This document shows, piece after piece, positions 26,056 through 37,898 of a stretch of DNA of 64,000 nucleotides. Position 1 is the first letter of the stretch, and every line of letters begins with the position of its first letter. Below the pieces are notes generated by a model that was not told where the DNA came from, did not search any database, and was given only the letters and a program-made list of their open reading frames with translations. Position numbers and translations under genes: made by a program. Where the stretch lies: contig NC_043008.1 of the NCBI RefSeq assembly GCF_006345805.1, positions 63,674,001 to 63,738,000 on the forward strand, read 5' to 3'. The stretch comes from Octopus sinensis. Lineage: Eukaryota.

Positions 26056-26284
26056 CTTTTATTCTTTTACATGTTTCTGTCATTTGACTGAAGCCATGCT
26101 GGAGAAGAGCCTTTAGTCAAATAAATCAACTCCAGGACTTATTCTTTGCAAGCCTAGTACTTATTCTACAGGGCTCTTTTGCTGAACCACTAAGTTACAG
26201 GAACATAAACACACCAGTGTTGGTTGTTAAGCGATGGCGGGGAAACAAACACACACACACACAAATATTTATACAGATACATAT

Positions 26285-26320
<36 letters not shown>

Positions 26321-26487
26321 CCGATAGTCTTCTTCCAGTTTCTGTCTACCAAAAATCCACTCAGAAGGGTTTGGGTGGCCTGAGGCTATAGTAGAAGACA
26401 CTTGCCCCAGTTGCTATGCAGTAGGGCTGAAACACAAACCATATGGTTAGGAAGCAAGCTTCTTCCCACACATCCACACTTGCACCT
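26056..26487 (-). mobile_element. SINE family A, full length, older
   Basis: Reverse-complement match to family A. Confidence 0.9.
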
Positions 26488-26504
26488 ATGTAGATATCTC
26501 TAGA

Positions 26505-26744
26505 GTCGCAGACGTGGCTCTATGGTAAGACGCTTGCAGTCCCACTGCATGGCACCTTTGGCAAATATCTTCTACTATACTCTCGCGCCACCCAAAGCCT
26601 TGTGAGTGGATTTGGTAGATAGAAACTGAAAGAAGCTTTTTGTGGGTATATATGTGTGTGTGTGTGTGTGTGTATTTGTATGTGTGTATCTGTGGTTGTC
26701 CCCTCCGCCCATCACTAGACAACCGATGTTGGTATGTTTATACC
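26505..26744 (+). mobile_element. SINE family A, truncated, divergent from neighbour
   Basis: Head and body match, starting 17 bp from the minus-strand copy. Confidence 0.85.
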
Positions 26745-27376
26745 TTTAACTCTGAACAGGTCATAAAAATTGTCCTGGAAGAGATTATTTTACCAGTAAA
26801 GACAAGAAATTCTTTGAATAGAGAATAATGGATCTGCCTACAAGATAGAAGAAGGTATTGTAATAAACAGTAATTATACCATTGACTGAAACCAAAACAC
26901 TCTGTGTTCAAAACTTGTGTGTCATTCTTGCTTTAAAAACTGAATGGATTTTTGGCCAATGCAATATGCTTGACTAAAATCTGTCTAATTATCACCTATA
27001 CCATCCCTGAAGACATTGATGATGATACAGATGTGTTGGTTCTTCTGTGTTCATCATACATATACAGCTGTGTGTAACCTTTTTCCAAATCAATGTAATG
27101 ATTTTCATACATTGCTTTAGTTCTCTTTAAAATTAATAAAATTGTCTTCCAGATTTGTGGAATTTGTTGTTCATCATTTACAATTTCTGCGCTAAATGGT
27201 GAATCTGTTTAATTCACATCAGACTTACGTTTGTAATATGGAACAGAAGTGACTATTTCAACTAAATTTTCTTTATTCAATTCCTGTTGGATAAACAGTT
27301 CCTAATTTCTTTTTTAACAATATCTGCCTATCTGTTTCCTATTGAAACAGATGTATAAATTATGCTAGTATTTAAA

Positions 27377-28075
27377 ATGGTTTGCTGGCAGAATTGTTAG
27401 CATGCTGGAAAAAATGCTATATGGCATTTCACCTGTCTTACGGTGGCTGGCTGGTAGAATTGTTACTGCACCTTAAGGTGGTAAGCTGGCAGAAACATTA
27501 ACATGCCAGGTGAAATGCTTAGTGGTATTTCGTCTGCCACTACATTCTGAGTTCAAATTCCGCCGAAGTCATCTTTGCCTTTCATCCTTTCGGGGCTGAT
27601 TAAATAAGTACTAGTTACACACTGGGGTCGATATAATTGACTTAACCCATTTGTCTGTCCTTGTTTGTCCTATCTATGTTTAGCCCCTTGTGGGTAGTAA
27701 AGAAAGAGGTATTTCATCTGTCTTTGCATTCTGAGTTAAAATTCTGCTGAGGTCGACTTTGCCTTTCATCCTTTCAGGGTCAATAAACTAAGTACCAGTT
27801 GTGTACTGAGATCGATCTAATCAACTGACTCCCTCCCCAAAAATTTCGGCCCTTGAGTCTAGAGTAGAAAAGAATTGGTGTTGCACCAGCAAAATTGCTT
27901 AGCAGTATTTTCTCCATCTTTACATTCTGTGTTCAAATGCTGCTGAAGTCAGCTTTGCCTTTCACCTATTCAAGGTTGATAAAATAAGTACCAGTTGAAT
28001 ACTGGGGTTGATTGATATAACTGACTTATCTCCTCCACCAAAATTGCTGGCCTTGTGCCAAAATTTGAAGCCTTT
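27377..28075 (+). mobile_element. Nest of 3-4 same-orientation C-type SINEs
   Basis: Repeated gctggcagaa heads and ttctgagttcaaat...tttgcctttcatcc bodies; one intact copy at ~27474-27708. Confidence 0.85.
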
Positions 28076-28372
28076 TAATTTACCAGTTTTTAGTAATTTC
28101 CTAATTTGGAATCATATTGATCATTTTAACTAAATCTTTCTGCAATTCCTGTTGGACAAATAATTCCTTGACAAAATCAACCAACGTTCTTCTATTGAAC
28201 AGGTGATACCAATTATGTCACTATTTAGTAATTTCATAATATGGAACTATAGTGACTGTTTCAAGAAAAAAAAAAAAAATATATATATATATATACACAC
28301 ATGCACACACTGTATATTTGGTGTTAATTTGCTTCAGCTTTATTTTTTACATTAATCTTAATCTTATTTCTG

Positions 28373-28412
28373 CCAGAGTTCTTTCGTCACACTTCTGTGA
28401 CCTCATCAGTGG
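28373..28412 (-). ncRNA. Minimal type-I hammerhead ribozyme, intact core
   Basis: CCA-CTGATGA-G-GTCACA-GAAG-TGTGAC-GAAA-GAAC-TC-TGG. Confidence 0.75.
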
Positions 28413-28513
28413 TCCTTTGCTTTCTTCTTTCTTATTTGTGTGTCTCTTTTTAATACAAAATGACTGATCGCTAGTAAGGAGAGAAACACAATAGGAAAGA
28501 AGAAAGCAAAGGT

Positions 28514-28553
28514 CCACTGATGAGGTCACAGAAGTGTGATGAAAGAACTCTAG
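28514..28553 (+). ncRNA. Minimal type-I hammerhead ribozyme, intact core, weakened stems
   Basis: CCA-CTGATGA-G-GTCACA-GAAG-TGTGAT-GAAA-GAAC-TC-TAG. Confidence 0.7.
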
Positions 28554-28605
28554 CCGAAATAAGATTAAGATTAATGTAAAAAAATAAATAAAGCTATATA
28601 TATAT

Positions 28606-28642
<37 letters not shown>

Positions 28643-29632
28643 TACTTAGCCCTCAGACAATAATCTGGTTTTCTTTGATATCATTAAGTATTTCTTTTGT
28701 ATAAATGTTTAATATAATTTGATTTAAAATTACAAATTTTACTTTGATCAAATGGTCAAATAAGTTGTGTAGTATTTGATAGTAAAAACAGAACTTTAAC
28801 ACTCTGATGTTATAAATCACAGGGATGTCACAGAGTGCTATTGATTAATGATAAAATTTTGAAGTCAACATTATTTTTTCCTTTGTATACACTTCAGTTT
28901 TAGGAACAAAGATTTAACAAAAACAGTTTTTAAATATTGCAATAATAATCCACAAATATTATTTACATGCAAATGAAGTAAAAAAGATATTTTCATTCAA
29001 TCCAATCATTGCATAAATTAAATTCATCTACAGAAGAAGCATAATTTTCATAGCAAATATATCACCTGATTTAAATTTTTATGTGTTTTCTATAAAGTTG
29101 ATGCAGATTTTGCAGTTAGGGTGACCATAATTTACTATTGTTGTTGCCTCTGTGCTGAATAATTTGTCATGAGTAAATAATTATTTTATGTAAATTGTTG
29201 TCTTTTGTTTCGTATTATTTTGTGTATTTTGAGTGCATTTCCCTCCCCCACTTCTTCAGTCTTGCTTTAATAATGGAATACTTTGTTGAATAATGTTGTA
29301 TATTGTTTGTATTTCTTGGGCTGTATATTATAATGTAACATAGAGTATTTGATTCTATTTCCAATTAATTTTACTAGGTACTAGATTTCAAGTTGCAATC
29401 CTTTTTATTTCAAGTTTCAAAATTCACAACCATCGAACATATTCTTCATGTGAGATCAAATGGTAAATTTAGTTTTGCCTGTTTTGGGTGGAAAGAATTA
29501 AACAGTAAGCACAATTTATAGTGTATGTTGCATTCAACTTTTGATTGTTTTTTTTTATTATTGAAATATCTAGGAACGTTAATTGATTTTGACTGTATTC
29601 CATTGTGAACTGTATATTATTTTTATTATTAA

Positions 29633-29934
29633 TTGACTGAGGTCTGGCAAACCAGATGGCTGCACCAGGCTCCAATCTAATCTGGCAGAGTTTCTTCAGC
29701 TGGATGCTCTTCCTAATGCCAACCAGTCTGAGAGTGTAGTGGGTGCTATTATGTACCACTGGCACGAGGACCAGTCAGGCAATACAGCCAACAGCCATGC
29801 TCAAATGGTACTTTTTATGTGCCACCTGCACCGGAGCCAGTCCAGCGGCATTGGCAATGACCTCGCTCGAATGTTTTTTTACCGTCTAACCCATGCTAGC
29901 ATGGAAAGCAGAAGTTAAATGATGATGATGATGA
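29633..29934. mobile_element. Family D retroposon with 5' inversion
   Basis: 29633-29880 is antisense body; 29881-29934 is the sense 3' end with (GAT)n tail. Confidence 0.85.
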
Positions 29935-30699
29935 TTAACATTTTGAAATCATGAAGTTGGTCAAGATTGTGGCTCTAAAGAATGGAACAGTCATCTAAGT
30001 CCCATTTCCAATTTTCTGAAAGAAGCTGATTAAGTGTCTTTGTCTATTTTTTCTTAAATTTAGACTTCTAAGTAAGCTATGTTCAAAATCCCATTCATCA
30101 GGGAAATCTTTGCCACCATCATAGTCTCAGATATTTTTTTCTGCTTTAATAGTGGCATTTAGCAAATACCACCATTAAATCAAAAAACATTTTGTAAGAT
30201 GAATTTAAATCCTTCAATAATTAATATTTTTTGTATTTGTTCTGGGATTTCATTGGAAAATTTTCAAGCCAGTATTTCATAGGTTTTAGTCATAAGTTAT
30301 GTGGGATAGAAGATTAGAAATTTCTTCTTTCAAATAATACAATGCCAGTGCTCAACTTTGTGTGGGTTTGAATTAGTAGGTCCAAATCTTCTCTGGTGTG
30401 GTTCTCAGCAGTACCTCTACTCATTTGATTGGTCTATGTGTTTCCCATGTTAGGCCAGCCACAATTAATCTTAATTCAAAATTGTTGATTAGTGGAATAT
30501 TTATACACCTTAAAACTGATTTTTTACATCCATTGCATATCATATTACACTTAGAAATTTTGAGAACTCTATAAGAATTGCTGGTTTTGCATTGAAAACT
30601 CATTAAGTAGTTGCAGTCTTTATTTGTTAAATCCTTCTGGTGTAGATGAATGAAAGTACTAAGTTTCTTTATTTATTTTGATGGTTGGTAATCGCTTAT

Positions 30700-31150
30700 C
30701 TTCTAATATGTTTCTTTATTAGCCACACAGGACTGAACACATATGGGACAAATCAAAAAGTAGAGCTTTTCTTTTTGTGGAGAAAAAAGGTGGGGTAGGT
30801 TTTCGATCAAAAGGGATCGTAAAAAGGAAAAAAAAAGAAAAAAAGAAAAAGTGATCAATAGCGATCGTGTATCACAGAAATGTCATGATGTAAAATGTAA
30901 AGAGGGAAGCAGATAAAGTTTATCCATAGAAAGAAAAGCCTATGGAAAAGACCACGGTAACCTCGGTCATTAATGACACATGTTAACACATTTATTTGCA
31001 AGTAAGTAACTCTCAGTTTAAAATTTTTCCAGGTTCATAGGATTATGCTCAAGGTGGGTTCGTCATTCATATGTGCCATCCTTGCTACATTCACCCATCT
31101 GTTTTTGAAACATTCGCTAGACAAAACTTGCCTCTCTACTCTCACTTTCC
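30700..31150. mobile_element. Possible Penelope-like remnant
   Basis: Composition and motif style only; no clear domain read. Confidence 0.3.
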
Positions 31151-31169
31151 TTTTCAAGTGATACTTGAA

Positions 31170-32700
31170 GAAGCTGCTGTCTTGTAGTAAGGATAATGCA
31201 GCATTTTGTAGACATGGTATTTCATCTGTTCCTACTGGTTTCCCATCTCACTGTGACTTTATTTTCTTTCATACACTTTTTAATATTTTATTTCCTTTAG
31301 CAGCTTCAAAATTGGACATAATTAGTCTCTTCTCATCACCATACTTTTATTTTATGATGCAAGCCATCTGGATGCAATCTACTTATAACAGAACAATATG
31401 TTACCATTATGTTAGCTCATACTGGCTTAAAAATTTCTTTAAATTGGCATGATCACTCAGGTACTTGTGTTTTGCTTTTTTATATTCTAAGAAGACCTCT
31501 TATCTAAAATGTCATATCAAACTGGATTTTTAAAAATTTGCTTTTTTTCCATTATTTTAATAACTTCATCACTCATCCATTTTTTACTCCTTTATCTATT
31601 CTGACAGAGTTTTGTTTCCAAGCAGGTTTTGGTTATGTTCTAGTTTTCTTCTGTTGGCTCTCTGTTAATTGGTTCTTGAATTCGTTCTTCATTGTATAAA
31701 TATTCATATCTGTTTTGCATTTCCACATTTTATTTCTTTCAACAATCTGTCCGTCTGTCTGTCTGTCTTAACATTTTAGTTTAATTGCTTTTGTCTCTTA
31801 GTGATTTTTTTTTTCTTAAGTATAATTTGTAATTTAATTAGCATTGGATTATTATCTGAATTGATATCTACTCCAGGCTATGTTTTTGCTTGTTTCATAT
31901 AGTTTCTAAACTGCTGGTTTATCAGTATGAAGACTATCTGATTTCTTGTTATGCCACCTGAATTCTTCAACAGGTATAATTTTCTTGTTGGTTACAGGAA
32001 TAGTGTGTTGATGATTATCGAACTGTTTCTTCGACAAAGATCTATCAGTCAGTCACTTTTTCTATTTCTTTCAACTAATATGAATTGATCTATTATCTCT
32101 TGATTTTTTTTCATCAAAATCTTCCAGTATATTTGTGATTTCTTAAGTTTCAGTGCATTTTATTACAATTTAAATTTGCTCCATGTCCTCGTCACTGTGT
32201 TCTTACATAAGAGTATATATCTGTATGATGTCGATTTAAAAGGTTTTCCTTGTAGCTTCCTTATCATTTTATTCAACATTTCTCAGTATTCAAAGTGTGA
32301 TTTTACTCAAGTATTTTTACTATTAAAATTCCTTCTTTTTTATTCTCCTTTTCCATCAGAATAGAATGTAGTATAGTTTGCACTTACTATTTTATCATCA
32401 CATATCCATTTAGTTTTAGATATTCGCATGTTGTAAATATTCAATTCTTTTTTCTGTTTCTTGCATTAGAATGATAACATTTTCCTGGTTGTTGTAGTGT
32501 TTTTGTGTTCCAGCTTCTAGATGTAATAGTTTATTTATAGCTTCTTGAAGCCATACTGTTTGACTATAACATTCCTTTAAAGTTTGTGCAGCAATCATCA
32601 TCAAATATCCTATTCACTGGCGATTTGGTTTCTTCTTCTTTGTATGTAGTATCTGGATCAGTATCCAGTTCTCTATCCTTTTCCTGTATTTTTCTTATGC
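31170..32700 (-). pseudogene. Decayed RTE-type LINE: AP endonuclease to start of RT
   Basis: Minus strand reads RNQIVFILINQQFRNYMKQAKT*PGVDINSDNNPMLIKL and GKPVGTDEIP; many stops. Confidence 0.85.
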
Positions 32701-34163
32701 TATGAATGTTTAATTATTGGTATGAACGAAATTGAATTCCAATCCCTTCCATAGCATCTGGATACAAGTGACTTTTAGGCTAGGGAGTGCCCTGGATGTG
32801 CCCCACCAGCATCACCACCACCACCACCACACACACTTGTCTTCAGTGCTATTGATATTTGTTTTGTTTTATCAACCCCTGCTACCATTCCAGTCACTGA
32901 GTACTTATGATGTGATATCCTTTATACCATAATCCTTCTTACACTATCAATACTCTTTATTCAAATCATTAGTCAAAGTGAGATGGCCCAAATGCCACTG
33001 GTAAGCAATATCAATTTCTTTGAACAATAAGGGATTGGTACACAGGCACCAAAAACCAGTGCTAATACCCACATTCACTTTGATGAAAATATGAAACAGA
33101 ATAAGTTTACAAAGATAAAGCTTTTCATCAACCTATATAATACACCCCTTACAATTTAAATATATTTGGTTTCTTCCTTCAGTCTTAACAACAATGTTGA
33201 ATCATTCACTTCATTACTCTGGGTAACTTCCTGTGTAAAACGCTATTTTATTTATACAGTCATCTTCACCAGATTATTTTATGGAAATGGTAAATAAAAG
33301 AAATAAGTTTTTGCTTAAAATATATCAAAACAAAATATGGTAGAATGCTGGTTCCATTAGATTATTGGGATTATATTCAATTAGATTACTTTTAATGCAA
33401 GCTGTGCAGGTAAAGAATAATCTTTCAGTTATGCGAATAAAGAATTCTTATTATTGAAAATTATTGGCATAGTGTGAAAGATTGAAACAAGAAACATTAA
33501 TTGAATACATGCTTCTAATTAAAAGAAGAAACACACTGGGAAAAATGCTCAATCTTAGATATTTTTTCTGTCTTGTTTCTTTTTCCTCAAATGTATTTCA
33601 TAATTTATTCTACTCATAATGAAAGGAATTGGTTTAAAAATTTTATCACAATTATTTAATATTTCACAAATAAAACTAAACACATTTATTATACTTTTGT
33701 TTTCTCTTACAAATATAAACTTACAATCTGTGAACGAAAATAGCAAAAACACTTGGGAAAAAAAAACCTAAAGCAAAAGATTAAATATTCCTAAAATAAC
33801 AATATCATACAATAATTGCCTAAGGAAATAGGCTACGCATGCATTACATAGACGAATGCTTTAAGTTATAATTATTCCTATAATATCTCCATCGCTTTAT
33901 ATTTAAAGGCATTCGTTATAATAAGCTGTCAGAAGGAAAATAATAAAGAAAATAAAAAAATAAATGCAAACACTAACCCTCAAAGACTTGAATTAGTAAA
34001 TTGTGTGGATTCAAGACAGAGTTTCTTGGATCTAAAACAAGAAAGAGACATTCATAATAAATCTTTATTTGTTTCATTAAGTAGCAGAACTTCCTTGACT
34101 TTCTAGTTTAGTTAATTAGGGTTGAGTTCATTTTGGATGATAAAATATATACTCATTTACTCG

Positions 34164-34560
34164 TTTACTTGTTTCAGTTATTTGACTGTGGCCATGCTGG
34201 AGCAACGCCTTTAGTCGAGCAAATTGACCACAGGACTTATTCTTTGTAAGCTTAGTACTTATTCTATCGGTCTCTTTTGCCAAACCACTAAGTTACAGGG
34301 ATGCAAGCACACCAGCATCGGTTGTCAAGCAATGTTGGGGGGACAAACACTGACACACAAACATACACACACACACACATACACATATATATACATGTAT
34401 ACGACGGGCTTCTTTCAGTTTCTGTCTAACAAATCCACTCACAAGGCTTTGGTCAGCCTGAGGCTAAAGCAGAAGACACTTACCGAAGGTGCCATGCAGT
34501 GGAACTGAACTGTGTGGCTGGTAAGCAAGCTACTTACCACACTGCCATTCCTACGCCTAT
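34164..34560 (-). mobile_element. SINE family A, full length
   Basis: Reverse-complement match; head ends at 34560. Confidence 0.95.
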
Positions 34561-34562
34561 GG

Positions 34563-34611
34563 AAAATATGGAATGCTTCATGAATTTGCATGTCATCTTT
34601 GCCCAGGAGCT

Positions 34612-34645
<34 letters not shown>

Positions 34646-34656
34646 TCCAATTTTAG
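34563..34656 (-). pseudogene. U6: U6 snRNA pseudogene
   Basis: CTAAAATTGGAACGATACAGAGAAGATTAGCAT...TTCCATATTTT. 7 mismatches over 82 nt against the human U6 sequence as I recall it; ACAGAGA box intact; 12-bp tandem duplication of CTAAAATTGGAA; 5' stem-loop degenerate or absent. Confidence 0.92.
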
Positions 34657-35047
34657 ACTATGTATCGCCATAGCTACTCTATGTTCACGCTAAAAGTTTT
34701 GTAATAAGTAGGATTCAGATAAAGAAAGAAACAAAAGGGTTGAGTGATTGTGGTATCTAAAAGGAGAGACTAAATCATATCATTTTGAAGTTAAGGTATA
34801 AAAGAGCTGAAAAAAAATGTATTTTTGTGAAATATTGGAATATTTAAAAGGACTAAATGACCATAATTAAAACTTGTTTTTCTATGACCAAATGTCTTTG
34901 AGTGTTGATAGCTAAACAGCTAAATAGTCTCCCTCATCAACAACTGTAAGTATCATGATACCTTTTGTAATCTAAATAGGTTTGTCGAGATTTCATACAC
35001 TGGGGATTTTCTACCAATTTTCTTATTCATGGAAACCTCTAGATTGG

Positions 35048-35458
35048 GAAAAGTGGCTGTGTGGTAAGTAGCTTGCTTACCAACCACATGGTTCCGGGTT
35101 CAGTCCCACTGCGTAGCACCTTGGGCAAGTGTCTTCTACTATAGCCTCGGACCGACCAAAGCCTTGTGAGTGGATTTGGTAGACGGAAACTGGAAGAAGC
35201 CCGTCGTATATATGTATATGTATATACGTGTGTGTTTGTGTGTCTGTGTTTGTCCCCCACAACATCGCTTGGCAACTGCTGGTGGTGTGTTTACATCCCT
35301 GTAACTTAGCAGTTCGGCAAAAAAGACCGATGGAATAAGTACTAGGCTCACTAAGAATAAGTCCTGGGGTCGATTTGTTCGACTAAAGTCAGTGCTCCAG
35401 CATGGCCGCAGTCAAATGACTGAAACAAACAAAAGAGTAAAAAAGAGTAAAAGAGTAA
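35048..35458 (+). mobile_element. SINE family A, near full length
   Basis: Head, body and tail match. Confidence 0.95.
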
Positions 35459-35869
35459 CATAAAAGACATGTAAAAAAATAATCATAGTCATGCTGCAAA
35501 TAAAAAGTAAAATAAAATTGTGTCAGTATAAGTTGTTTGATATCTAGTCTTGTTTATTTAACAATATCGACTTCATAGTTAAGATATTAAGAGTTAGTGG
35601 ATTAAATGAATTTACTTCTTGTCATTGAAAATTATAATATTTGGATATTACTTGTAACTAAGTTTTCTATATTCTATTTCTTTTCCTTTATTTTGATTGT
35701 TTGTTCATTATTAAATACAGTGAAAATGTTCTTCAACAAAAATATTTAGAAATTGCATTAACTTGTAATGCTTTTGTGCTTATAGTAGGGTACTCCGTTA
35801 ATAATGCAATCCAAAATTTTATCAGTTCCACTTATTGAGATTTTGATTTTTAGGTAAAATCCATTACAA

Positions 35870-36720
35870 TGCCTATTTTCTGTTCCTTTACTTTCTATAA
35901 AAATTGTTTATGTTTAAGGAGTCTATAAATGGTTTTTCAACTGAAAGTCGGTTTTCAATTTTAACTGGAAAATATTCTAGTATTGATTTTCATATATATC
36001 AGACAAATATTGCAAAACTGAGTTTTATGTATTTTGACGTACAGAAATATTTGATATTAAAAGAAAAATACTAAGGTTTTCAAAGCATTCAATATCATTC
36101 TTACTTGCTTAGTCCTTCCACAGTTTTAGTTTTTGAAGCATGTTATATTGGTACTGCAGATTGAAAGGCAAATCTCATTCAAATAAGTAAATATGTCAGG
36201 AACACATGCCTTATCCCAATTCACATATGATCTTTCATTTCGGATAGAAATTTTTTAAGTTTGAAAGAATGTCAAGTCAGAAATAATCCAATTTCTTCAT
36301 GCAGTTCATAAAATCCCCCCATCACGTTTTCAGTCATAACTTCAGTTCTGTATGAGTTCCCTTATTTCTTGCATTTTACATCTTTGATTTAATAAAATTG
36401 ACCAATTTTGCAGCACCATTTATAATTAATTTCAGAACTTAAGGCATATATTTTACTGCTTCTACTTGGTGAGAAAAACAGTACTGTTTATCAACATTCT
36501 GATTTTCTTTTTAATTTTTGCAACAACAGCACTAAAGATTTTTCTTACTATATTTGCAGCTCTATTAGTGCAAACATTGGAAAAACGTTTTCACAAATTA
36601 TATATATTTTCTACAAATGAATTGATTCAATTAAATATTACTTCTCCTTTAGTATGATTCTCTCCAAATGCTGGTGGGTTAATGCCATTTTGAATGTCAC
36701 CTTCATAAGTGTAACTTATA
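35870..36720 (-). pseudogene. Decayed hAT (Charlie-like) transposase
   Basis: Minus strand reads VCTNRAANIV...VVAKIK, YCFSHQVEAVKYMP*VL...KLVNFIKS and DIFTYLNEICLS. Confidence 0.75.
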
Positions 36721-37224
36721 AACACAAATAAAACTGGTAAATTAGCAACACGTGTACACTCATCCGATTGAAGAAAGAAAGCTGAGTTCATTTTATCCTA
36801 TTTTATTAGCTCAGCTTCACATCTTTAAACTGTGTCACCAGAAAATGATACATTACCTATATTTTTGACGTATAAGGTATTCCATCATATATTTTGCAAA
36901 GGGTATTATTAGATTATCTGTTTCTGTTTGTGCTTCACCTACTTTTGCTAATCAATAAACAGTATATGAAACAAGCAAAATACTTTTTGGGTTTTGGCTT
37001 ATAATAAATAATGAAAATGTAAGTTTCCTTTGATTTCATTCCAAACATTTTCTTTCAAAATAGTCTTCACACAGATTTTTTAAGAAAACAATTGTTTTAA
37101 CCCTAAATATCGTTTTAACTTCCTTGGGTCACCATCAACTAAGATGGAGTCTGTGTCAGTATATGCATGTACAAAGCTTTTCAGAAAACTGGCAGCTGCC
37201 CATACATTCATCTGACATTTACCT

Positions 37225-37452
37225 ATTCTTTACTACCCACAAGGGGCTAAACACAGAGGGGACAAACAAGGACAGACAAACGGATTAAGTCGATTGCATC
37301 GACCCCAGTGCGTGACTGGTACTTAATTTATCGACCCCGAAAGGAAGAAAGGCAAAGTCGACCTCGGCGGAATTTGAACTCAGAACATAACGGCAGACGA
37401 AATACGGCTACGCATTTCGCCTGGAATGCTAACGGTTCTGCCAGCTCACTGC
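37225..37452 (-). mobile_element. SINE family C, full length
   Basis: Homologous to 18724-18960; absent from the paralogous site at ~38085. Confidence 0.9.
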
Positions 37453-37549
37453 CCTCATGCTACCAATGTTTATCCAAGAGAAAGACCACTGACTGGGACT
37501 CACACAGTTTGGCACCAGTGTCATTGTAGGCATTACCATCAGAAGGAAG

Positions 37550-37898
37550 GAATTTCAACCGCGATTTGCAGTCTGCTACCACAACAGCTCCTTTATAGGA
37601 TCCAGTTTGCTCAAGACATCATCAGGAGGAACCACGTTTGGTTTCGGCCCCTACTCGTCTACCGTTTTGACGTGGCGCCCCCCCTTTCGGAGGTGTCTTC
37701 AGCTCTGGTGTTGAGTGCATGTCTTCTTTCTTCTTCTTTCTCATGTTCCCCGGTCTCTTCGATGTAGTGTCAACGAGTGTCAGCGGGTGACTGACTGTCT
37801 TGTCAAATTTCCCTTTAAATACCTGCTGCTAGGCTCCAGCAGGAAGCCCCAGCAAGTTGTCACATGACACTGTCTCAACTTTAACTGACCAATGAAGA
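37550..37898 (-). promoter_or_regulatory. GC-rich inserted cassette with CCAAT, E-box, TATA and Inr, then a short ORF
   Basis: CCAAT 37889-93, GTCACATGAC ~37859-68, TATTTAAA 37821-14, TCAGTC with A at 37792 (29 nt from the TATA start), ATG at 37744. Confidence 0.45.

Larger units (their letters stand above)
28336..28594. mobile_element. Palindromic Penelope-like mini-element with two inverted hammerheads
   Basis: Inverted arms ~28336-28455 and ~28475-28594; flanked by TA repeats. Confidence 0.75.

Noticed and set aside
13339-33409. Scattered + strand micro-exon candidates (~13339, 15104, 24875, 25087, 32972, 33361)
   Set aside because: Such sites arise often in AT-rich DNA and cannot be chained without RNA data.
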